Source: Acidobacteriota bacterium
GTDB taxonomy: Bacteria; Acidobacteriota; UBA6911; RPQK01; JADFOI01
Direction of reading: 5' to 3'
Assembly: GCA_036338435.1 (NCBI GenBank)
Contig: JAYZCG010000040.1
Span: 13,784 to 77,783, forward strand
DNA length: 64,000 bases
A model generated the notes under the pieces. That model saw nothing but the letters and a program-made list of their open reading frames with translations. It had not been told where the DNA came from and ran no database searches. A program made the translations under genes and the position numbers. Positions 1 to 12,175 of this stretch are shown here, piece after piece (the first letter of the stretch is position 1; each line of letters starts with the position of its first letter).

Positions 1-560
1 GTGCGGGGATGAGATGTTATAGCCTAGTCGAGAAGAAGGATGGATTTTGGACTTATCAGTCTCAAATGGGGAGTCCCATCTTTGAACCTGCAGACATCCC
101 TTTTTGTGCACCCAGTGAATTGCACGAAATCAAAGAATATTCTCTTGACGTGGGGGGGGACAAAGTTTCAATCACAGTTCTTTCGGTAGGGAATCCCCAA
201 TGCATCGTTTTTGTAGAAGAACTTCCACAGAAAGACAATTTTCAGCGATTGGGCCGGTTACTTGAGTGTCATCCAGACTTTCCGCAGAGAACTAATGTGA
301 GTTTTGTGCAAGTGGTGGGCTCGAACCAATTGAAGATAAAGTTATGGGAGCGGGGCGTTGGGCCAACTTGTTCTTCCGGAACTGGATCCTGTGCTGCCGC
401 TGTGGCAACAATCTTAGCCGGGAAGGTTCAATCTCCCGTTATAGTAACTACTGAGACCGGCTTCCAAAAGGTAGAATGGGACGGAGAGGCGGAAATTCAC
501 CTAACAGGTGATGCACGGTTCATTGCTGAGATTAATTTTTACTGGGAGTGCAGTCGGTAG
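1..560 (+). CDS. dapF: Diaminopimelate epimerase, partial (N-terminus lies outside the window)
   Basis: The open frame runs off the window start. Translation carries the DapF C-terminal hallmarks (GNPQCIVFV, ERGVG...CSSGTGSCAAAVA). Confidence 0.8.
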   Translation, partial: AGMRCYSLVEKKDGFWTYQSQMGSPIFEPADIPFCAPSELHEIKEYSLDVGGDKVSITVLSVGNPQCIVFVEELPQKDNFQRLGRLLECHPDFPQRTNVSFVQVVGSNQLKIKLWERGVGPTCSSGTGSCAAAVATILAGKVQSPVIVTTETGFQKVEWDGEAEIHLTGDARFIAEINFYWECSR

Positions 561-631
561 TCTAAATTTGGCATAGATCCTCACGAAGTGACACAGACGA
601 TGCTGAGGGAGTATGAGAAGGGCTGTGTGAG

Positions 632-1759
632 ATGTCTTTACTTCAGAAAATTGAAGGCGAAAACGAGCAGATTATTGACCTTTTGCGTGAACTGATCGAG
701 CGCGAGAGTCCCTCCAATCAGAAAAATCTAGTGGATGTATTGGGGGCATTTATTGTGGATTGGTTACGTGATCAAAGTCTTAGTCCACAAGTTCTTCCTC
801 GCAAAAATGTTGGAGATATTATTTGGGCGGAATGGGGCAAGGAACAGTCTGGACGCATTCTTGTTTTGTGTCATATTGACACGGTCTGGCCGGCTGGAAG
901 TCTTGAGCAAAATCCATTTCGTATCGAAGATGGACGCATCTATGGGCCTGGTAGCTATGACATGAAGGGTGGTATAGCTTCGACCCTGAAGATTCAAGAG
1001 TATCTCAATCGTGGTTGGATCAATCCGAGCAAGAAAGTACGTTTTCTTTACACCACTGATGAGGAATTGACCAGTTCCCATAGCCGAAAAGTCATTGAAG
1101 AGTTTGCTCGTGAAAGTGATGCGGTGCTGGTGACTGAGCCACCTCTTTCAGGAGGTGAACTCAAGACAGCACGAAAGGGAGTCGGTAGCTATGTCATTAA
1201 GGTTTATGGCAAATCCGCCCATTCGGGAGTTGAACCCGAGAAGGGGATAGATGCCATTGAGGAGTTAACCAAGCGCATTGGTGAGATTCGTTCTATCCCA
1301 CTCCAGGAGAAAGAAACCACTGTGACGGTGACACAGATACACGGTGGAACTGCGATCAACACGGTGGCTGAATATGCAGAAGCGGTTATAGATACTAGAT
1401 TTAACAACAAGGAAGCAGCCGATCAAGTAGATAAGGCACTACGTGCTTTACAGCCTGAAGTGCCGGGTGTTCGGTTGGAGGTAGAAGGTGGCATCGACCG
1501 TTACCCCATGGTCAAGACTGATGGTTCTCAGGAGCTATTCAAAAAAGCTCAAGGAATTGCTACCGAGCTAGGGTTTGATTTAGGTGAAGGGAGTACTGGA
1601 GGGGGAAGTGATGGGAATTTTACATCGGCTCTGGATATTCCAACATTGGATGGATTGGGCATTCCGGGAGATGGGGCCCATGCCTGGCACGAGCACGTAC
1701 GGGTGAATCAACTAGCTCCACGAATTGCTTTGCTAGCTCTTCTAATAGAGAGACTTTGA
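632..1759 (+). CDS. M20 family metallopeptidase/deacylase (DapE/ArgE/CPG2-like)
   Basis: 375-aa ORF with M20 motifs (HIDTVWPAG, GPGSYDMKGG, C-terminal EHVRV). It sits between dapF and lysA. Confidence 0.7.
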   Translation: MSLLQKIEGENEQIIDLLRELIERESPSNQKNLVDVLGAFIVDWLRDQSLSPQVLPRKNVGDIIWAEWGKEQSGRILVLCHIDTVWPAGSLEQNPFRIEDGRIYGPGSYDMKGGIASTLKIQEYLNRGWINPSKKVRFLYTTDEELTSSHSRKVIEEFARESDAVLVTEPPLSGGELKTARKGVGSYVIKVYGKSAHSGVEPEKGIDAIEELTKRIGEIRSIPLQEKETTVTVTQIHGGTAINTVAEYAEAVIDTRFNNKEAADQVDKALRALQPEVPGVRLEVEGGIDRYPMVKTDGSQELFKKAQGIATELGFDLGEGSTGGGSDGNFTSALDIPTLDGLGIPGDGAHAWHEHVRVNQLAPRIALLALLIERL

Positions 1760-1849
1760 CAACTAGCGATAGTATGGAGTTTGCCTCATAGAGAGGGGTT
1801 GGTAAACTGCTGAGGCACAATCATAGAGGGGAATGGGTGATACATAATC

Positions 1850-4050
<2,201 letters not shown>

Positions 4051-4152
4051 AGTGCTATAGGGGATGTCTTATAGCGAGAACTCTTTCGATCCGACGCTGA
4101 TCTGTTATTTGGTATCCCGAATGGGCGTGGTGAGAACAAGGTTTGAGAAATA

Positions 4153-5400
4153 TTAGTCAGTCTGTTCTCCCCGGATACAGTCATCCAGACTTTCTCGTTC
4201 TCGGATTATCTCAAAGCGGTCGTGATCCACCCAGACTTCAGGAGCTCTTGGACGAGAGTTATAGTTGGAAGCAGCTACGAATCCGTAAGCCCCTGCATTC
4301 ATGAGGGCTAGCGGATCTCCTGGATTCAGTGGAGGTAGCCAGCGATCGCGAGCAAAGAAATCTCCAGTCTCACATACCGGACCTACTACGTCGACTAGAA
4401 TGGAATCCTCGCTCTTTTGTTGAAGTGGTTTGATTTCATGGTAGGCTTGGTAGAGAGATGGACGGATCAGATCATTCATAGCTCCATCCACAATCAGAAA
4501 GTTTTTTTCCGTGCTGGTTTTTCTATAGAGGACTGTGCTCAATAAAACACCTGTGTTGCCAACAATATAGCGGCCGGGTTCAAAAATAATCTTGCGACCA
4601 TCCTGATGCTTTGCCAGAAAATCAGCGTAAATACTGAGGTCTATCTCTTTCTCATTCTGATAGGGAATGCCCATACCCCCGCCCAGGTCAAGATGCTCAA
4701 TGTTGAAGCCCTGGGCTTCCAGCTTGCGAGCTTCCTCCAGAAGAACCATAAAGGCGTCCATGAAAGGTTGAGTATCTAGAATTTGTGAGCCAATGTGAAA
4801 ACCCAGACCTGTGAGTGTGCACCCTTGGGATTTTTTTAAGAGCTCTACGATGTCTTTAATCTGTTCTAAATCGATGCCGAACTTATGATTTTTTAAACCT
4901 GTGGAAATATAAGGATGAGTGGGAGACTCCACATCAGGATTAATTCTCAAGGAGATGTTCGGGTGTGCCCCCCTCTCTTGGGCCAGAGCAATGAGGGTTT
5001 CTAGTTCTTGGATCGATTCTACATTCAGACTGAAGATTGACATGTCGAGTGCCATTTTGAGCTCATTGATGGTTTTCCCTACTCCGCTAAAAATAATGTT
5101 CTGGGGGGCAGCGTTGATTTGTGCCAGTCGATAAAGTTCTCCCCCTGATACTGCATCAAAATGACTCCCTTCATTTTTCAGTAGACTCAGGATGCTCAGA
5201 TTCGAGTTAGCTTTAACGGCATAGCAAACGAGCGGACCGATTGCTTCAAAGGTTTTGCTGAAGGCCCGGAAATTTTGACGAATGGCATTCTTGCTGTAGA
5301 CATAGCAGGGCGTACCCACCTGCTCGGTAACGGTGGTAAGGGCAACGTCTTCGCAGTAGAGTTGTCCGTTCTGGTAGTTAAAAACCTGTGCGAGCGACAT
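4153..5400 (-). CDS. lysA: Diaminopimelate decarboxylase
   Basis: PLP fold-III decarboxylase motifs (YAVKANSN, GGGMGIPY, CETGD). I chose the internal ATG at 5400 (MSLAQVFNYQ...), which gives ~416 aa. The ORF track extends it to 5487. Confidence 0.85.
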   Translation of the reverse strand: MSLAQVFNYQNGQLYCEDVALTTVTEQVGTPCYVYSKNAIRQNFRAFSKTFEAIGPLVCYAVKANSNLSILSLLKNEGSHFDAVSGGELYRLAQINAAPQNIIFSGVGKTINELKMALDMSIFSLNVESIQELETLIALAQERGAHPNISLRINPDVESPTHPYISTGLKNHKFGIDLEQIKDIVELLKKSQGCTLTGLGFHIGSQILDTQPFMDAFMVLLEEARKLEAQGFNIEHLDLGGGMGIPYQNEKEIDLSIYADFLAKHQDGRKIIFEPGRYIVGNTGVLLSTVLYRKTSTEKNFLIVDGAMNDLIRPSLYQAYHEIKPLQQKSEDSILVDVVGPVCETGDFFARDRWLPPLNPGDPLALMNAGAYGFVAASNYNSRPRAPEVWVDHDRFEIIRERESLDDCIRGEQTD

Positions 5401-5574
5401 GGTTGCAGGACATGATGTTAACAGAGCGATACGGAAAGTTCTACTCTGGAATGATCTACTGCACAAACTCGAGTTATAGAACTGCAATGGACTACTGGAC
5501 GATATACCTTCATCTCATGTGTTTAATGAATTTGAGTTTTAGCCAAATCATGGATGTTTTGTAGGATATGCGTG

Positions 5575-5609
5575 AGTCTAGCTCAGCATGGTATACACTG
5601 AGCTGGACT
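5575..5609. promoter_or_regulatory. 12-bp-stem hairpin in the divergent lysA/epimerase intergenic region
   Basis: agtctagctcag - 11-nt loop - ctgagctggact gives a 12-bp stem with one G-T pair, read directly from the sequence. Confidence 0.3.
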
Positions 5610-5668
5610 TATCTATGTTTTTGTTGTTAGAAGGATGGCATAATTTGTCGTGAGAAGAAGGTAAAGCC

Positions 5669-6616
5669 TTGGACAATTCATTGGATATCGTTACAGGAGG
5701 AGCTGGGTTTATTGGCTCACATCTTTGCCGGGCTCTCTTGAAACAAGGTCATCGAGTTCGTATAGTCGACAACTTTTCAAGTGGGCGAAGTGAAAATCTT
5801 GACGCACTCCTTGAGCGGTATCCTGACAGGTGCGAAATCCACCGGCAAGATATCCGTCAACTAAGTGAACTGAGCGTCATTTTTGAAGGAGCCACAACAG
5901 TCTATCACCAGGCTGCTCTGACTTCGGTTCAGCAATCAGTTGAGGATCCTCTCGAATGCAATAGCGTTAATATAGAAGGGACACTGAAAGTTTTATTGGC
6001 TGCTAGAGATGTGGGCGTGGACAAGGTTATTTTTGCTAGTAGTACCGCTGTTTATGGGAATTCAGAAGTTCTTCCCAAGCATGAAAAGATGACTCCTGAG
6101 CCACTGTCGCCATATGCTGCAACCAAGTGCATGGCAGAGGTTTATGGCGAGATTTTTTCAGAGGTTTATCAGCTACCTGCTTTGGGTCTTCGCTATTTCA
6201 ATGTTTTTGGACCCAATCAGGATATTAATTCGGAGTATGCAGCTGTCATACCACGCTTTATTTCACGAGCCTTGGCAGGAGAAGATCTTATCATTTTTGG
6301 TGATGGTGAACAGAGTCGAGATTTCATTTTTGTAGAGGACGTAGTAGCTGCTAATCTTAAGGCTGCTCAGTCGAATATTCAGAGGAAAAGCCTCAATGTC
6401 GCCTGTGGTAAACAGTACACGTTAAATCAAATAGTCAAGGTGCTTAGTGATATCATTGGGCGGGAACTGAACGTACAGTATCAGCCAGCTCGGCCCGCCG
6501 AGGTCCGCCATTCAGTGGCCGATATTTCTTTAGCTCACGAACTTATTGGATTTGAGCCCGTAATCTCTTTAGATGAGGGTTTGCGCCGGACAATCAAGTG
6601 GTTTAAGGAACGATAA
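5669..6616 (+). CDS. NAD-dependent nucleotide-sugar epimerase (UDP-GlcNAc(A) 4-epimerase, WbpP/TviC-like)
   Basis: TTG start followed by TGGAGFIGSHL Rossmann motif. It has the extended SDR fold with YxxxK and sits beside a UDP-sugar dehydrogenase. Confidence 0.75.
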   Translation: MDNSLDIVTGGAGFIGSHLCRALLKQGHRVRIVDNFSSGRSENLDALLERYPDRCEIHRQDIRQLSELSVIFEGATTVYHQAALTSVQQSVEDPLECNSVNIEGTLKVLLAARDVGVDKVIFASSTAVYGNSEVLPKHEKMTPEPLSPYAATKCMAEVYGEIFSEVYQLPALGLRYFNVFGPNQDINSEYAAVIPRFISRALAGEDLIIFGDGEQSRDFIFVEDVVAANLKAAQSNIQRKSLNVACGKQYTLNQIVKVLSDIIGRELNVQYQPARPAEVRHSVADISLAHELIGFEPVISLDEGLRRTIKWFKER

Positions 6617-6673
6617 TTCGGTGAAGAGCTTGTGTTTTCGTGAGATGTATTGGAGTAGTAGGAAGGAAGCAAG

Positions 6674-7966
6674 ATGGATCTGAGACAAAAGATCACGACC
6701 TACAAAGCAGAAATAGGAGTGGTGGGGCTAGGTTACGCTGGATTACCGATGGGTATCGAGTTTGCCCGCTCGGGTTTCACTGTCCATGGTATCGACACCG
6801 ACCATGAAAAGATCTGCGATCTTAACCGGGGCAAGTCGCACATACAGGATTTAGAAGACGAGGTTCTGCAAAGTGTGATCGATTCCGGTCACTTTCATGC
6901 ACATTCAGACTACGAGGTTGTTTCCCAACTAGATTGCATTATAATTTGTGTCCCCACTCCCCTCCGACAGACCAAAGATCCGGATATAAGCTATATCGTT
7001 GATGCAACTCAGACTATTAGCAGGCATTTGCACAAGGACATGCTGGTTGTTCTTCAGAGTACAACTTATCCTGGTACCACGGACGAAGTTCTGACAGCGG
7101 AGTTTAAAAGGAAAGGCTTTGAGATAGGGAAAGAATTGTTTGTTGCTTTTTCACCGGAACGGGTGGATCCGGGGAATATGACCTTCAATACCAAAAATAC
7201 CCCCAGGATTGTGGGAGGAGTAACTCCCCAATGTACTGAAATAGCTAAAGCGCTCTACGAAACAACGATAGACAACGTTATTGCAGTTTCATCGGTTGCT
7301 ACTGCTGAGATGGTCAAGCTCCTGGAGAACACTTTCCGGGCTGTTAATATTGGGCTAGTTAACGAGCTTACTATCATGTGTGACAAGCTTGGAGTGTCGG
7401 TTTGGGAAGTTATCGAATCTGCTGCCACTAAGCCTTTTGGATTCATGCCCTTTTACCCGGGGCCGGGACTGGGAGGACATTGTATCCCTATTGATCCTTT
7501 ATATCTTTCCTGGAAACTGAAAATGCTTAATTACAATGCACGTTTTATCGAATTGGCTAGTGAGGTCAATACTCAGATGCCAGAGTACTGTGTGCATCGT
7601 ATTGTCAACGTTTTAAATCAGCATCAAAAATGCATTAACGGAACTCGAATATTGATGTTAGGGTTGAGCTATAAGCGTGATGTTAGCGATGTACGGGAAT
7701 CACCCGCTTTAGATATTCTTCGTTTACTCGAAGATGGTGGGGCGATCGTTGATTATTCGGATCCTTATGCGCCTGAAGTTCACATAGACGGAATCGACAA
7801 GAAGTCAGTGAACCTGAACCACGAAATGGTTGCAAAGTATGCGCTAGTGGTGGTGGTTACGGATCACACATGTTTTGACTACGAAATGGTACGTGAAGCG
7901 GCACCCTTAGTCTTTGATACCCGCAATGTTTTTCCTGAGGCTCATGACAACGTAGTGAAGCTCTAG
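6674..7966 (+). CDS. UDP-N-acetyl-D-glucosamine/mannosamine 6-dehydrogenase (WbpA/TviB-like)
   Basis: 430-aa UDP-glucose/GDP-mannose dehydrogenase family protein. It has an N-terminal GxGxxG (VVGLGYAGLP) and the catalytic Cys region (GGHCIPIDP). Confidence 0.8.
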   Translation: MDLRQKITTYKAEIGVVGLGYAGLPMGIEFARSGFTVHGIDTDHEKICDLNRGKSHIQDLEDEVLQSVIDSGHFHAHSDYEVVSQLDCIIICVPTPLRQTKDPDISYIVDATQTISRHLHKDMLVVLQSTTYPGTTDEVLTAEFKRKGFEIGKELFVAFSPERVDPGNMTFNTKNTPRIVGGVTPQCTEIAKALYETTIDNVIAVSSVATAEMVKLLENTFRAVNIGLVNELTIMCDKLGVSVWEVIESAATKPFGFMPFYPGPGLGGHCIPIDPLYLSWKLKMLNYNARFIELASEVNTQMPEYCVHRIVNVLNQHQKCINGTRILMLGLSYKRDVSDVRESPALDILRLLEDGGAIVDYSDPYAPEVHIDGIDKKSVNLNHEMVAKYALVVVVTDHTCFDYEMVREAAPLVFDTRNVFPEAHDNVVKL

Positions 7967-7968
7967 CG

Positions 7969-9231
7969 GTGCGTATCTCTGATCTAGCAAAAGAAGCATA
8001 TTCCCACGACGACACGGTCTTGCGTCGCTGGATTTCGTTCGTTGTGGGAGTCGGAATTATAGGCTCACTTGTTTCCATTGCCCTCTCGTATGTCCTTTTC
8101 GGAGTGGTCCTGTTGCTTTGGATCATTCACTGTGTGAAGTTGGGCACTCTGCATGTCAAAATTCCGGGTTTTTTTGCCTGGATTGGTGCTTTTGTCTTGG
8201 CATCAGTGATTTCAATCATTTTTTCCAGCGATATCATGACCAGTTTGCCCAGCTTGGGTAAACATATTCGATTTCTCTGGGTTCCGATGATTTTTACTTA
8301 TTTGGGGCGTCGCCATGTAGAGAATGTACTAAAAGCCCTATTTATTGTGATGGGAATAAGTGCTACGTATGCAATTCTTCAGTACTTCTGGTTGTGGGAA
8401 GTCGATCTGCTCCATCGAATTCAAGGATTTATGGGACACTGGATGACCTTTTCCGGTCAGTTGATGTTGTGTTCCGTTGCCCTGACTGGGTATTTGCTGT
8501 ACCGTCTCAACCCAAACTCTGATGAGGATCAGGAGAGCCTGTCTAAATCAGAATCCCATAAATTTTTTAGTGGGGCAGGATCCTTTTGTATTTGGATACT
8601 CCTCTTGACCATCATGATTTTCACGTTGGTTTTAACCCAGACGCGTAGCAGTTGGCTAGGAACTCTTTGTGGATTTTTTATACTTCTTTGGGTGTACCGG
8701 AAGAAATGGATTGTTCCGGGTATAGTACTGGTGGTGGTTATTTTCTTTGCCTCTCCCGAGACATATAAACAGCGTCTTTATTCGAGTTTCGATCCCAACG
8801 ACACCACCACTCAGATCCGGCTAGAGTTGCTTAAAACTGGCAGAAACATTGTTGCTGATCATCCCTGGATAGGCCTGGGTCCGAGGACAGTACCGAAATT
8901 TTATCGGGATTACAATGAAACCGATGACTTTCCAGAGTGGATCTATCAGCATCTGCATAACAATTTTGTACAGATCGCTGCCGAGATGGGTCTAATCACC
9001 GTGATCCTGTGGATGGCTCTTTGGATTCGATTGGTTTGGGATTTCATCTCTTTTGCACGGCAATCTCACTATGATGGATTTGCCGTTGGTACAGCCGTCG
9101 GTTCCATTGCGGTGCTAGTCGCTTTTTTAGCTGCTGGATTTCTTGAATATAATTTTGGAGATTCAGAAATTTTAATTCTACTCCTATTTTTTCTAACTAT
9201 TCCTTATGTTGTCAACAACGGGCAAGAATAA
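7969..9231 (+). CDS. O-antigen ligase/polymerase-like polytopic membrane protein (Wzy_C family)
   Basis: 420 aa with at least 10 hydrophobic segments and a large periplasmic loop. Its position in the LPS gene block supports the call. Confidence 0.55.
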   Translation: MRISDLAKEAYSHDDTVLRRWISFVVGVGIIGSLVSIALSYVLFGVVLLLWIIHCVKLGTLHVKIPGFFAWIGAFVLASVISIIFSSDIMTSLPSLGKHIRFLWVPMIFTYLGRRHVENVLKALFIVMGISATYAILQYFWLWEVDLLHRIQGFMGHWMTFSGQLMLCSVALTGYLLYRLNPNSDEDQESLSKSESHKFFSGAGSFCIWILLLTIMIFTLVLTQTRSSWLGTLCGFFILLWVYRKKWIVPGIVLVVVIFFASPETYKQRLYSSFDPNDTTTQIRLELLKTGRNIVADHPWIGLGPRTVPKFYRDYNETDDFPEWIYQHLHNNFVQIAAEMGLITVILWMALWIRLVWDFISFARQSHYDGFAVGTAVGSIAVLVAFLAAGFLEYNFGDSEILILLLFFLTIPYVVNNGQE

Positions 9232-10333
9232 GCTGAATATAGCGCTGATGGGCATGCGTGGCATTCCCGCTAATTATGGAGGGTTCGAAACCTTTGCTGA
9301 AGAGCTCTCCGTTCGTCTCGTCGAACGCGGGCATCGAGTGACCACTTATGGGCGTTCTCACTTCGTGGATCCACAATTAAAAAGTTATCAGGGCGTTGAA
9401 ATTCGTACGTTACCTTGTGTACGGACCAAATATCTGGAAACGGTTTCTCACACATTGGTTTCCACACTTCTGGGACTATTTTACTCTTATGACGTAGTTT
9501 TGATCTGTAATGCTGCAAATGCTGCTTGGTGCTGGATTCCTAAGCTAGCAGGTCAAAAGGTCATACTCAATGTAGATGGGATCGAACGATTGCGGAAAAA
9601 ATGGGGGCCTATCGGAAAAATCTACTATCGACTCAGTGAGTTCCTCGCCACTGTTATCCCGGATCGCATCGTAACAGATGCCCGTGCGGTGCAGAGCTAC
9701 TATCTCAAAGAGTATGGTACACGTTTCCCATTCATCCCTTACGGTGCTTTTGTAGGGAAATCTGAAGAGCATGACGAGCTTGACAAGTTGGGTGTTACAC
9801 CGGGGAAATACCTTCTTTATGTGAGCCGTCTTGAACCCGAGAACAATGCGCACCTAGTAATCAAAGCCTACATTGAATCGGGGGTTCAGCATCCACTGCT
9901 GGTAGTTGGGAATGCTACCTATGGAGGGCGTTATATAGATCAACTAAAAAGTCTTGTCCAGGGAAGTCATGTGATTCTGCTTGGGGCTATTTATGGGCGA
10001 GGTTATCGCCAACTCCTTTCTCATGCCATTTGTTACTTGCATGCTACTGAGGTAGGTGGAACTCATCCTGCATTGATTGAGGCCATGGGGGTGGGATGTT
10101 TAGCAATTGTCAATGATACGGATGAGAACCGAGAAGTAGTGGGGGGGGAAGGTATTCTTTGTCATTTCGAGGACTCCCCTAAGCTAGCTAGTCTTATTAT
10201 GAAGGTCTGTGCGAACCCTGATCAGTATCAGAACTGCAAAGAGGACGCTCAACAACGTATTCGTGAGTTCTACGATTGGGAGGAGGTCACCAATCAATAT
10301 GAGGCTCTCTTCTATGAACTGACAGGTGGATAG
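9206..10333 (+). CDS. Glycosyltransferase family 4 (DUF1972-type N-terminus)
   Basis: NIALMGMRGIPANYGGFETFAEEL is the DUF1972 signature. The C-terminal GT4 EX7E region is present. Confidence 0.7.
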   Translation: MLSTTGKNKLNIALMGMRGIPANYGGFETFAEELSVRLVERGHRVTTYGRSHFVDPQLKSYQGVEIRTLPCVRTKYLETVSHTLVSTLLGLFYSYDVVLICNAANAAWCWIPKLAGQKVILNVDGIERLRKKWGPIGKIYYRLSEFLATVIPDRIVTDARAVQSYYLKEYGTRFPFIPYGAFVGKSEEHDELDKLGVTPGKYLLYVSRLEPENNAHLVIKAYIESGVQHPLLVVGNATYGGRYIDQLKSLVQGSHVILLGAIYGRGYRQLLSHAICYLHATEVGGTHPALIEAMGVGCLAIVNDTDENREVVGGEGILCHFEDSPKLASLIMKVCANPDQYQNCKEDAQQRIREFYDWEEVTNQYEALFYELTGG

Positions 10334-10389
10334 AATCTTCGTATACTCACTCAATAGTAGCCTAATTTAAATCCATCATAAGTATTAGA

Positions 10390-11244
10390 TTACTTCACGA
10401 GCTGGAGTAAGTTACTGAGCAGAGTTTGCCCCTGACTTAAAGATCCTTCCCTACTGTAGAGGGTTACCATTTTTGCAATTCTATTAGCTGGATGGAGGGG
10501 ATATCCTGCGGCCTTAAAATAGCATTCCATAAAATATCGGATCAGGTTGTCAGAGAAGCTAAAGACAGTGGGAATGGAAGTCAGTAGCTGTATTAAATCG
10601 CGTGCTGCCAAGATTTCTTTAAAGATGCCAGGTAGATGAGGAAGGTGGTGACATTTTTCCAGATCAACGAAAGAGAAATGGGGGATAGGATCGTCATGAA
10701 CCAGGATGTGTCGCGTCTTTAGATCTCCATGAAAAAACCCCCGGGCATGTAGTCGGGCAAGTTCTTTGGCTAAGTGAAATGCCAATTCTGGAGAAAAATC
10801 AGCAGTATCATGAACGCGATAGATATGGGTTCCTGCCGAAGCGATTTCACGTACTGATTCAATTTCTAGAGCCACAACTAGACTATGTCTGTTCAACCAC
10901 TCCCCCGTTTTTTTGATTGCAGCGAGTACCTTGAAGGTGCCAAAGTCGTTGGAGCGGAGTTTCTCGGAAATTTTGAGACTTCTGAAGGCATAACAATAGC
11001 GCAGGCTGCGACTAATAGATCTATTTTTGAAGTAATAAGTAAAGCAAGATCTGGGAGTATTTTGAAACTCCAGAGGGATTCTAAAAATTTGCCGGCCCTG
11101 ACAATCTAAAACAAGATGAGCTCCTGGAATTTCTCCTGCTTTTTCCGGAACCTCTAGTAAATCATCTGGGGGGAAAAATCTGGGGTGAATCCAGCCGTGG
11201 TAATGTTTGCCCTGGTGGCGACGATATTTCATGCCAGGGGCCAT
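10390..11244 (-). CDS. Lipopolysaccharide kinase (Kdo/WaaP/InaA family)
   Basis: The HGDLKTRHILV catalytic loop matches the Kdo kinase/WaaP family. I chose the internal ATG at 11244. The ORF track runs to 11364 and would overlap the divergent GT2 start. Confidence 0.6.
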   Translation of the reverse strand: MAPGMKYRRHQGKHYHGWIHPRFFPPDDLLEVPEKAGEIPGAHLVLDCQGRQIFRIPLEFQNTPRSCFTYYFKNRSISRSLRYCYAFRSLKISEKLRSNDFGTFKVLAAIKKTGEWLNRHSLVVALEIESVREIASAGTHIYRVHDTADFSPELAFHLAKELARLHARGFFHGDLKTRHILVHDDPIPHFSFVDLEKCHHLPHLPGIFKEILAARDLIQLLTSIPTVFSFSDNLIRYFMECYFKAAGYPLHPANRIAKMVTLYSREGSLSQGQTLLSNLLQLVK

Positions 11245-11323
11245 CTTATCGGAACTGGCAGTCTTTGTGCACCTTGTAGACGCCAATAAGCGTATGATAC
11301 TAACGTAAAGGATTTCTTGAATC

Positions 11324-12175
11324 ATGGACCTGAGCGTGGTCATTGTCAACTGGAACAGCGGCAACCATCTGGGGTGTCTGCTAGACTCGCTATCTCCTTT
11401 ACAGGAAAAGTTGAGAGAGATATGGGTGGTGGATAATGCTTCTCAAGACTCAAGTGCAGATATATTAATAAACTATCCGGATGTTGAGAGCCTATTCCTT
11501 CAAGAAAATCTTGGGTTTGCTGGTGCAGCCAATCAAGGTATTGCCCGTTCCAACTCGTGTTTTATTCTTTTACTCAATCCTGACATTCAAATCATTTCAG
11601 AGTCTGTGAGTCAGCTTTACCAGGAGATGGTGAGCAGGATCCGAGCAGGGATTGTCTGCGGCTCTCTGAAAGATCGCAATGGCAAGTCTCAGAATAGTTT
11701 CCAGATTCGGCCTTTACCAACCTGGAAGAATATCCTCTCAGATGTTCTCTTTATCGATGAATTGCAGGATTGGGTATTTGGTAATTCCCAGCTTAATCCA
11801 TCTTACGAACATACTCAGAAATTGGTTTCTGAACAACCAGCAGCAGCAGCTTGGTTGCTTCGCAAGAAGGCTTGGGGAGAATTGGGGGGTTTTGACACTA
11901 GATTTTATCCAGCTTGGTTTGAGGATGTAGATTTTTGCAAGAGGATGCAGGACTCCGACTGGGAGATATTTTATTTTCCACATCTACCCATGATTCACCG
12001 AGGGGGCTTGGCTTTAGAGTGTTTGAGTTATCCCACATTCGTAAGGATATTCTATACTAACCTCCTGAAATATTTAAAAAAACATCACCCCTATTTCTAT
12101 CCCATGCTGTGGATTCCCGTACAATGTGGTATGTGGATGAGAAGGCTTTTTTGTGCTGATGACAGATCCGTATAA
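11324..12175 (+). CDS. Glycosyltransferase family 2
   Basis: SVVIVNWNS...DNASQD N-terminus matches the GT2 fold, with DxD-like motifs. Confidence 0.7.
   Translation: MDLSVVIVNWNSGNHLGCLLDSLSPLQEKLREIWVVDNASQDSSADILINYPDVESLFLQENLGFAGAANQGIARSNSCFILLLNPDIQIISESVSQLYQEMVSRIRAGIVCGSLKDRNGKSQNSFQIRPLPTWKNILSDVLFIDELQDWVFGNSQLNPSYEHTQKLVSEQPAAAAWLLRKKAWGELGGFDTRFYPAWFEDVDFCKRMQDSDWEIFYFPHLPMIHRGGLALECLSYPTFVRIFYTNLLKYLKKHHPYFYPMLWIPVQCGMWMRRLFCADDRSV

Noticed and set aside
11244-11364. Longer N-terminus for the LPS kinase (ORF track start at 11364)
   Set aside because: It would overlap the divergent GT2 start by 40 nt and adds a non-conserved 40-aa extension. The internal ATG at 11244 gives a typical ~285-aa Kdo/WaaP-family kinase. 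Either start remains possible.
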